Shown: piece after piece, positions 50,705-61,789 of the stretch
Layout of the letters: every line of letters begins with the position of its first letter
How positions within the stretch are numbered: position 1 is the first letter of the stretch
Assembly (NCBI RefSeq): GCF_009914755.1
Contig: NC_060936.1
Source of the DNA: the human T2T-CHM13v2.0 reference genome, Homo sapiens
Direction: 5' to 3' (one strand)
DNA length: 64,000 nt
Made by a program: the position numbers and the translations under genes
Notes under the pieces: generated by a model
Database searches by the model: none
What the model was told of the DNA's origin: nothing
The model's input: only the letters and a program-made list of their open reading frames with translations

Positions 50705-50922
50705 AAGTAACTAATATTTATATAGACTTACAGTGTGTCAGGAACAGTTCTTATTGCTTTGCATGTATTAATTCATTTAGTTATCCTGACCATCTGTTTT
50801 GTAGATTAGAAGATTGAGGCAGAAGGAGATTAGGTAACTTGCTCAAGGTCATATAGCAGAAATTTGTGCCCAGGCAATCTGGCTCCAGAGACCACACTCT
50901 TAAGACTACACTACTCTGCCTC
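50705..50922 (-). mobile_element. MIR
   Basis: ttaggtaacttgctcaaggtcatatagc..cccaggcaatctggctccagag..actctgcctct. Confidence 0.8.
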
Positions 50923-50981
50923 TAGATAACTGAGCTACTCTCTTTTTTTTTATTCTACTGAATTAAGAATTTAAATTGAAT

Positions 50982-51245
50982 TGGGGCAATATTACAGCAC
51001 AGGAGTTAAACACAAGGAATTGAAGGTTGACCCTCTTTAGTTCTAGTGCTTGCTCTGAAACTGATTAGCTATGTAATTTTTAACAACTTATTTAATTTCT
51101 CTAAGACAGTTTTCTGTTGAATGGAAGGAAAAATAGTATGTATAGATTTACTAGAAGAATTACATGAAAGGACAAATACAAAAACGTTTAGCGAAGTACC
51201 TGACTTTTAGTAAAAAGCCATTTAATGTTAAAATTATTATTATTG
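50982..51245 (+). mobile_element. MIR (MIRb-like)
   Basis: ttagctatgtaatttt..aacttatttaatttctctaag..ttagcgaagtacctgac..attattattatt. Confidence 0.65.
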
Positions 51246-52043
51246 ACTGAATCAATCATTTGCTTTAATATCAAAAGGTTTCAACCATGTTGAGAAGAAC
51301 AGATTCAGTGGGAAAATTTTCTATGAGCATCTTTTGTTATAACTGCTGTTACCGGATTGGTTATCATTAGCTTCTTTTTCATACTGCTCTGAGATTTTTG
51401 AAATGACATTTTAAAGTGTTTGTGTAGGAAGTGGTTCATGTAAAAATTGTCAGATCACTAAGACCCAAGAACAGAGAAAATCCTGATGCATCCCTAAAAT
51501 TCAATAAAGATATTTAAAAAGCACATTTATTGAAGTTAGAAATATTGAATTGATTTTTTAAAAAGATGCTTCAAAAGGCCTTCTGAATAACTTTCGATGA
51601 GTTTAAAAGAGTGAATTGAAGAGTAGTGAGACTGTGAGACTAAATGGAACTTTTGTTAAATGCTTTGGAACTCTTTAGGAAAAAAGTAGAAATATTCATT
51701 AATTTTTTTATTTTAATGGAAGTATCAGTTACAAAAAATAAAATAAATATACTATAAATATTTAGTTTGACAAGTTTTTATAAATGTACGTATCTGTGTA
51801 ATCACCATCCTGATCAAGATACAGAACATTTTCATCTCTGCAAGAAGCTCCCTAGTGCCTCTTTCAATTCAATCCCCACCTCAAACTCTACCCTCCTCCG
51901 ACATTGACAAATGCTTTCTGATTCCTTTTTGGCGTTCATATAGACTATATGTCATGCTTCTTTTACTCCACATAATAGTTTTTGAATTCATTCATTTTGT
52001 TACATTATCAGCGGGTCATGTTTTTTCTTACTGAGTATTATGA

Positions 52044-52942
<899 letters not shown>

Positions 52943-53534
52943 TTTCTTACTATGCAAATAAGTAATGCTACTTATAAGTATAGTTATAAGTAATCATGCC
53001 TTATCTTCAGGAGATACATTCCAGGACCCCCAGGAGATGTTTGAAAGCCCAAATAGCACCAAACCATATATATGCTATGGGTATATACTATATTTTATAG
53101 TAGAAAATGTCAGCAATTTTATCTTCATTCACTTGTTGCAGAAAAATGTTTCTCCAGTATTTGGCTATAATGACTACTATGAATATTCTTGAATAAGTCT
53201 TTTGGATATATGTTTTCATTTCTCTTGTATAAATACAAGTGAAATTGATGAGTCATGGGGTGAATGATGGTTTAACTTCATAAGAGATTGACAGTCTAAA
53301 AAGCTATACAAATTTATGTTCCTAACAACTGTGTATAAAGTTTCCAGATGTAGATATATTAGCATTTTCTATTTTTTGTGCACTTTTCATAATTGTGATT
53401 TTCTAGGAGATTGCCTATTTTATCTAAACCGTCTAATTCTTAGCATTACTTTATCCACAATACCACCTTTGATATCTGTAGAATCTTTGGTAATTTCCTC
53501 TCTTTTGTTCCTGATATTGGGAATTAGTCTTATT

Positions 53535-53536
<2 letters not shown>

Positions 53537-53585
<49 letters not shown>

Positions 53586-53611
53586 CTCTCTCACACACAC
53601 ACACACACACA
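53537..53611. repeat. Compound (CT)n(CA)n microsatellite
   Basis: Read directly from the sequence. Confidence 0.95.
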
Positions 53612-53857
53612 TTGTTATTAACCAGTCTTTCTAATTTTTTATCAATTTTCTTCATTTTTACAAGAAACTAATTTTTGGCATTGCTTGATTGTATCTCCAT
53701 TTTATTTACTCTTGCTGTTATTTTTTTTTCATTTCATTTTGTTCTAATAATTTTGGAATTGCCACTCTTTTAACTTCTTGAGTTAAAAGCTTTGAATATT
53801 ACCTTGGACCATTTTCTTTTCAAGTGTAGCCATATAGCTGTATTTTTTAGCTGTATA

Positions 53858-54282
53858 TGTTACTCGACACCGTTGATTGTGGCTGATTGCCAAAAGTGAG
53901 ATTAACTCTCCACTCAAAACTGTGTGATAAGTTGAGACTGGTGACATGACAATCACCAGTAGGCTGTGAAAAGAGTTATTACCTATATAGGGGGATTTTC
54001 TGGGTAAAGTAGGACAGGCTCAAGACAGTTTAGGTAACTTGAGGGAAGCAGAGAGAGTGAGTTAATTTTTAGTATGGCTAAGAGGTGGGAATGGGAAGAT
54101 TTCATGCCTGTGCAAATGGGTCTGAGCTTCAGTGATATGAATGTTCTGCTAGTACCATGGAAGCAGGTATGTAAACTTTTTAATTGGCTTGGCTAGATGT
54201 AGGACAAAAGAGGAAGGGGGAGGATAGGCTTGTAAGCTGTCAGTAGTGAAACATCAAAAATGGAGTCTTTCTCTTTATTATA
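53858..54282 (-). mobile_element. MER54/MER74/LTR53-group ERVL solo LTR
   Basis: rc start taataaagagaaagactccatttttgatgtttcactactgacagcttacaagcc. Confidence 0.6.
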
Positions 54283-56813
54283 GCCATATCTATCTCCATT
54301 CCACTAATTCTATGTTGCATTTCATTATTATTTGGTAACATATTTTCTAATTTCCTATGTATTTCTTTTTTGACCTATGAGTTATTCAGAAATGAGTATC
54401 TTAATTTCAAATATTGAAATTATTTGAGGCATTTTCTTTGTATTTTATCCTTATTGATTTCTAATATAATTTAATTAGAAATCTAATTTAACACCATTGT
54501 AGTCAGAAAGCAAGACTTCGTATTTTTCAGTCCTTTGAAATTTATTGAGATGTGTTTTATAGCCCACCATATAATATATGTACAGTTAAAAAATGTATAT
54601 TATGATTCTGATAGGTGTTGTTTTCTATAAATATAAATTAGGTACAGGATGTTGATAGTGGTTTTCAAATATTCTTTATCATAAACAGCATTTCTTTCAT
54701 TGTTCTGTCAATTACTGACAGGAGCATGTTAAAACTTCCAATGCGATTATGGACTTGTCTGTTTCTTTCTTTAGTTATATTTTCACTTCATGAATTTGAA
54801 TCTTTGTTATTAGGTTCACATACTCTGTTTTAGGTACATTAGTATGTCTCTAATAATTTGACTTTTTATCATTATGAAATGTCTCTACTTCTGATTATAC
54901 TCCTTAATTTGCCTGATAATAATATAGCCATGTTGACTTTCATATGGTTACCGTATTTATGGTGTATATAGACATAGAAATAGATATATATGTGCCCTTT
55001 TACATTCAATCTATGCCTTATATTTAAAATGTTTCTTGTTTTCCGAACTTTGACGATTTGAATATAATATGCCTGTGTGTGCGTATGTTTTTTGGTTTTT
55101 TTTGTTTTTTTTTGGTGTGGGGTGGGTGGTATTTCTCTTGCTTGGTACTAACTTCCTGAATTTGCAGTCTGGTGTCTGTCACTAATTTTAGAAAATTTTT
55201 GGTCATTGTTACTTTAAATGTTTCTTTTTCTCTTTTCTCTTTATGACATTCCAATTTCATATATGTTATATCTTTTGGTATTGTCTCACAATTTTGAGAT
55301 GTCCTGTTCTATTTTGTTTTCTATTCTTGTTTCTCTTTGCATTACAGTTGCGAGTGTTCTATTGTTCTGTTTTCAAGTGCACTGATTCTTTCCTTGGCCA
55401 TGTCCAGTTTTTTGGTGAGTTCGTTGAAAGCATACTTTAATTCTGTGTCTGTGTTTTTCTATTTCTAGCATTTCCTCTTGACTCTTTTTTTTATAGTTTC
55501 CATCTCCCTGCTTACATTACCCATCTGTTCTTGCTTCTTATACACTTGTGGCATTAGAGCCCTTAACATATTAATCATAGTTATTTTAAATTCCCTGTCT
55601 GATGATTCCCATATCTGTTTCTTATCTCAGTGTGGTTCTGATGAAATTGTTTTCTTTCTCCAGAGTGTGTTTTTACTTCCCTTTTGGGACTTGTAAATGT
55701 TGTTGAAAGCCAGATATATTGCATTAGGCTACAATTTCCCTTCCCTCCCTGGGTCACCTGGAAGATGTCTCTTCGATTGTCACTGTGAGAAGCTGGTGGA
55801 AATTCTGGAAATCTCACTGTGAGAAGCTGGTGGAAACAAAGTAAATATGTCCTTAGTGTGAGGATTTATGTTAATCTGACTAACAGTTAGCCTGTGTTTA
55901 GTGTCGATTACAGCCGTAGATACCCAAGCGTTATTGTATTTTTCCCTGTTATCTTTGGGCTTCCCTATGTACTCTTTTTCAGAAAGCCTGTTTTGCATCT
56001 CATTCGGCTGTAATGCACTATCTTTACACTGGATCCCTGTTGGCATAATACTCAAATATAAAGGGAAGGGGATAATTTTGTAATCTTCTCATTAATCTGC
56101 TGTTTAGTGGGCCTGTATCTCCAAGGTATGACCTTCACAAGTGTTTCTGAAATAGCATAGCTTTTATTCCCCTTCCTCCTACTCCTGTTCTAGTACAGAA
56201 TTTTCAGTCTATTTCCTCGAAACCCTGAACTCCGTTGACCATGTTTCCCCCAACTCCCTTTGGTGAGACAGGAAGTCTAGTGACTGGAATAAGGAGGAGA
56301 AATTCTCTTCTGAAGTTTGAAGTTTGCACTGTGGCTAAGTCCTTTGCCTAAAAGATTAGGGGAAATATTGTGATGATTGTACCCAAGGGCTACTCTTGCC
56401 CTTCCCTGACAGTCACCAGGGGGGATTTCTCGTGGATTGTCAAAGTGAGAAACTGGTGGAAATCATGGAGAGGAAATTTAGGAAAGTTTGTCCCCCATTC
56501 CACCCCAAGACTGTGTCTCCTAGGAGTTTCTTACTCTCCAACTAGTCCATAATAAGCCTCCTACAATTTATCCCAATTCCCAGTAAGTGTTTCTGCCAGT
56601 TTCTGGCTTCAGTAGTTTCTGCTTCAGGTAGGCAGATTGCAGCTGTATCTTTTCAGATGTGCCTGATTTTCTGGATTGAAGGATGGTAGTTTGCCGTGTG
56701 ATCTCCAATTTTATTATGGGTCCAAAAAAGTCCCTGATTTTCAGTTTTTCTAGCTTTTTCTGGTTTTAAATATAGGAGTGGCTCTTTGCATGTCAAAACT
56801 GAAACCAGAAGTC
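54283..56813 (-). mobile_element. Old L1M (MC/MD/ME) ORF2-start, ORF1 and 5'UTR fragments
   Basis: ORF 55024..55260(-) resembles L1 ORF1 (NFLKLVTDTRLQIQE); 5' end rc gacttctggtttcag at ~56813. Confidence 0.7.
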
Positions 56814-56819
56814 TGCAGT

Positions 56820-58122
56820 ATTTCTTGTACTACATAAAATATAGGTGGTTTTGTTTTTTTCATCTAATCTGACAATCTCTCCCTTTATTTAGTGTATTTG
56901 GTCCATTTACATTTAATTTCATAATGGATATGTTTATATTTAAGTCTACTATCTTGGTATTTGTTTTACATTTGTTCTGTCTATTCTTTGTTTCTCTGTT
57001 CTTCCTTTCCTGACTCCTTTTCAGAGTCAGGCATTTTTTAGCATTTCATTTTATCATAGGGAATCCCCAAGATAACAGGGAAAAATACAATAATACTGGG
57101 GTACCTACTGCTATATCTCTCTATTGGATTATTAGCTATAGTTTTCTATTTTATGTTTTAGTAATTTTTATAAAGTATTAACTGTCTATGTCATCATAAT
57201 CTACCTTTAAATAATATTATGTGGCTTCATGGCAAATGTATAAGCCTTTCAATAGTATTGTTTCATTTACCCTTTCCTCCCTTTTTGCTCCTGTCACATA
57301 TTACACCATTCTATATGCAGAAACCTCACAATTCATTTTATTATTTTGTTTTAAATGGTTATTAGTCTTTTAAAATGTATATATTTATGTATGTGGGCTC
57401 CCAGCTTTCTGTAGCTGTTGATTTACCCTTTTATAGAAATTTCTCTCAGATATTTTGTCCCAACTCCATTCTTCAGTCAGGTGTTGCTTTGTCCTAGGGG
57501 AAGGCCCCATCTGCCTCAAGGAGGTCCTCTCAGTTTCTTTACCTTTTTAACTCAGTCTTTGGCCAACTACTCCTGAATTTGTTTAGTGTGCCTGTGTCTC
57601 CAAGCTATAACCTTCGGAAGTGTTTCTGAGGTAGCATAGCTTTTGTTCCCCTTTCCTTCTACTCCTGTTGTGGTGCAGAATTTTTAGTCTATTTCCTCAA
57701 AACCCTGAACTCTGTTGATCACGTTTCCCCCAAATCCTTTTGGTGAGACAGGAAGTCTAGTGACTGGAGTCTATGAAGAGAATTGGTAGGTGAATACATA
57801 TTGCCCTGTGGCTGGGGATCTTTGGGATTCTAATTCATCATATTAGCTCACATGTAGCCACAAAAAGTTTGATATACATTTATCTGGTTTATTCTGTCCT
57901 CAATCAATTATTTCTTCTTGTTCTTCACCAGGAATAAATGCAGTAGTGATATGTTTTCTTATAGAAAGGGCTTGTCACTGTCTGGATATTAGCTCATTTA
58001 GATTTCTTTGCATTCTTAACTGTCTGCATTTTTTTATTGTTGGGTAGTTTGTTCAGCTTATTTCCAGCTTTATAGTTCTCCCAACATTATTACTTTTAAA
58101 ATTCTAACTGGAAGTAGAAGTC
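56820..58122 (-). mobile_element. L1ME inter-ORF and L1M 5'UTR fragments
   Basis: tctaatctgacaatctct..ccatttacatttaat; ends ctggaagtagaagtc. Confidence 0.55.
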
Positions 58123-58865
58123 CTCTTACTGTTGTATAAAACATCTGCCTACTTGACAGGTGCCATCAGCCAATTTGTAGATAACCTATTGCAAATGCAA
58201 GTAAAAGCATTTTACAACTAGTCTTCTCTTTATAGACATTTATGCAGAATAACTATATTTAAGGCATGGATGAAGAATTCAGGGCTATAGAAAGATCTTA
58301 TCAATATATCTCAGAGCTACTGTTGTGGTAGCAGCAGGGGTTCATCACAGGTCATGCAAGTTGTTCGGCTTGACTAATGAAGAATATGGCTTCTTTTACT
58401 GAGTTAATCATAGGTCCTAAGTCTTCTGGTGTCATCAGGCTCAAGAAGAACTGTATGAACACCAAATTGTGAGTAGCAAGGGAGAAGTGAACACATTAGT
58501 ATCTGCAGGGATGTGAACAGAAATAAAGGTCAGAATAATATCTGTTTAGAATTTCTAAATGTCTATGTCCTTCTGTGGTGCCCACCACTGGGAGAGGGGG
58601 TAGAAAATAACAAACCCTAATAATAAACACTCTCTAGTCTTAAACATGCACAGCATGATGATGGCCATTCAACCCAGTCATGGAACTACTAATTGGATGA
58701 TTATCTTTTGTATAGATGCTATTTCTATATACTTTCCGAACCTCAAGAACCTCTGTTGCTTAGTGCTGAGGAGCTCTCCCCATCTTCACACTCCTTCACA
58801 TGGAAAAAGTGTGTGTGTGAGATTGTGTTTATTGAGGGGGATGGGAGCTTATATATTTTTTCAAA

Positions 58866-60530
58866 GTGAACTTTATTTTTAAAGCAGTTTAGGGCCTGGG
58901 TGCAGTGGCTCATGCCTCTAATCCTAGCAATTTGGGAGGCTGAGGTGGGAGGATTGCTTGAGGCCAGGAATTGGAGACCAGCCTGGGCTACTTAGTGAGA
59001 CCCTGTCTTTATAGAAAAATGATGATAAAAATTAGCTGAGCATGGTGGCACGTGCCTGTAGTCCTACCTACTCAACAGGGTGAGACAGGAGGATGGCTTA
59101 AACCCAGGAGTTTGAGGCTGCATTCAGTTATGATCCTGCCACTGCACTCTAGTCTGGGCAAGAGAGCGAGGCCCAGTCTCTAAATATAATGAAAATAATA
59201 ATATAAATAAGGTAAATAAATCAGTTTTGGATTTACATAAAAATTGTGAAGATAGTATGGAGTGTTTGCATATATCTCAAACTTAGTTACCCCTGTTATT
59301 AATATCTTACATTAGTATGCTATAGTTATTACAGTGAAAAGAGTTTAATTAAGCCCATACTTTACTCAGATTTTCTTCATTTTTATCTAATGGAAGGATC
59401 CCGTTCTAGGATCCCCAACCAGGACACCACATTATGCTTAGCTGTCAATATCTCCTTAAGGCTTCTCGTGGTTGTGACAGTTTCTTAAACTTTCCTTGTT
59501 TTTCATAATCTTGATAATTTTGAGAAGTGTTGGTCATGTATGTTTCAGAATGTTCCTCTATTGGGATATATCTGATGTTTTTTAACAGGTTATAGGTTTT
59601 TGGAAGGAAGATTATAGAGGCAAAGTGCCCTTCTCATCTCATCAAACCAAGGACATACAATATCAATTTGACTTAGCTCTATTGATGTTGACCTTGATCA
59701 CCTGGAGGAGAAAACATTTGTCAGGTTTCTCCACTATAAAGTTACTCTTCTAATTTCTCACTTTAAATTCTGTACTCTTTTGAAGAGAGTCCCTATGTGA
59801 AGCCCACACTTAAGGAGTCGATAGTTTCACTTTTCCTCCTGAGATTTGTCCTCCTTTCCCATCTTATTTATTCAATCAATTATTTTTATCAGTATGATTT
59901 CATAGATATATATTGAAACTTTGAGTTACATCTAATATCATTTTATATATTTTCTTGTTCAAATTGTTCTAACTTTGGTCATTGCAAGTTGTTTCACTTG
60001 CTTTTTGTGTTCCCTTTTTTCCTTTCTTTTTTGCACTTTCTTATTTTCTGAAGCAGAATACTCCAGACTCCTCTTCTGTATTTCTGTATTTCACTTGCTT
60101 TTTGTGTTCCCTGTTTTTCCTTCTTTCTGTATTTCCTACCGCATTCCCAGTATTAGCCATTTTTTTTGGTCCAAGAAGCCCTGGTTATTTTTCATGGAGA
60201 ATGATATTAGAAACCAATATCTGGGTGTGAAGTGAGTTGTTTGTCCCTACTGGGGTGTAACATTTCTTCTAGGCCCTCTCAGCTGACAGAGCAAGGAAAT
60301 ATTTAGTATATGCTAACTCTTGTATATACAAATATCTTTATATATGTATGTGTTTGGAACTGTGTCTTTATAAGTTAAATATGAATGTCTGTTGATGTCT
60401 TCAACTGTAACCCATTACCGCATCAATTATTCTGATCTCATCACATTGCTTATCTGTAAATTCCCACTCCGAAAGTGAGAAGACTGGATCCCCTCTATTC
60501 ACCATCCTTTAACTTAATTGTTCAATTCTA
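58866..60530 (-). mobile_element. L1MC (MC2/3-like) 3'UTR, interrupted by AluJ
   Basis: actttattttt..cagtttt..aaaattgtgaagatagta; caggacaccacatt..gtgacagtttctta; aggccctctcagctgacagagcaaggaaatat. Confidence 0.8.
58893..59217 (+). mobile_element. AluJ (Jo/Jr-like)
   Basis: ggaggattgcttgaggccagga.., gaggctgcattcagttatgatc; degenerate TSD taaagcagttt/taaatcagttt. Confidence 0.88.
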
Positions 60531-60580
60531 TATTGAATTGTGTTTTATGGCCTACCATAGAATATAAGTACACATATATG

Positions 60581-61339
60581 AGTTAGCAACTCTGATACTA
60601 TAGCAGTGTTGGAATTGTATTAGTATTAGTATACCTATACTAAAACTATTATACTATTAGTATTCCTATACTAATACTATTATACTATACTAAAAGTATA
60701 CCTACGCTAATCCTATTATACTATTAGTATTATATACATACAATACCTATTATCATAGCAGTATTAGAATTTTATTAGTATTAGTATACCTATACTAATC
60801 CTATTATACTATTAGTATTATATGTATACTATTAGTATATTATATATTAGTATACCTATATACCTAATATACCTATATAATAGTATACCTATATATTAGT
60901 ATACCTATACTAGTACATTATACTATTAGTATAGCATACTAATAGTATATGTGTAATACTAATAGTATAATAGGATTAGTATAGGTATACTAATACTAGT
61001 ACAATTATATACAATTACATAGTATTAGTATACTAGCAATATTAGTATACTAGTACTATTAGTATGCTAATACTAATAGTACTGATATACTAGTACTATT
61101 AGTATGCTAATACTAATAGTGCTGATATACTAGTACTATTAGTATGCTAATACTAATAGTGCTGATATACTAGTACTATTAGTATGCTAATACTAATAGT
61201 ACTGATATACTAGTACTATTAGTATGCTAATACTAATAGTACTGATATACTAATACTAATAGTAGAGTATTAGTATGCTAATTCTAATAGTACAAGTATA
61301 TTATTAGTATACTATAGCAGTATTAGAGTTGGTAAACTC
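60581..61339. repeat. AT-rich palindromic repeat block
   Basis: Reiterated tattagtat/atactaata motifs; perfect 45-bp IR 60776-60820 / 60954-60998. Confidence 0.9.
61051..61250. repeat. Minisatellite, 5 x 40 bp (tagtactattagtatgctaatactaatagt[a/g]ctgatatac)
   Basis: Units start at 61051, 61091, 61131, 61171, 61211; only one variable position. Confidence 0.95.
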
Positions 61340-61354
61340 TACCTGTACATATAT

Positions 61355-61594
61355 TACATGGTTGGACACAAAACACAAACTTATCTTGATAAATTTCAAG
61401 GATTAAAGCATACAAAGTTTTGTTTCTTGTCTTCAATGGTATTAAATTAGGGATCAGTGAGAGTAAGGTATTAAGTAAATTCCAAAATATTTATAAATTA
61501 ACCTGAATAACTCATATTAATGGGAAAAAAAATCACATGAGAGATTATAAAATATTTCTCACTGAATAATAAAGGAACACGACATAACTAAAAT
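61355..61594 (+). mobile_element. L1M ORF2 fragment
   Basis: ataaatttcaaggatt..aattccaaaatattt..gattataaaatatttctcactgaataataa. Confidence 0.6.
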
Positions 61595-61744
61595 GAAGAA
61601 GAAGAAAGGAAATGAAAGAAAGAAGAAAGAAAGAAAAGAGAAGAGAAGAGAGGAAGGGAGAGAGGGAGAGAGGAAAGGAGGGAGGGAGGAAGGAAGGAAG
61701 GAAGGAAGGAAAGAAGGAAGGAAGGAGCGAAGTGAGGGAAGGAA
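61595..61744. repeat. GA-rich (GGAA)n/(GAAA)n low complexity
   Basis: ~150-bp polypurine tract. Confidence 0.9.
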
Positions 61745-61789
61745 ACTCCCATTTTTGTCGCTTAGTTCTATGCTGCAGCACTCTTTCAA

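Noticed and set aside
61051-61250. CRISPR-like array (regularly spaced palindromic repeats)
   Set aside because: No unique spacers (units are contiguous and near-identical), no cas genes, primate genomic context: it is a minisatellite
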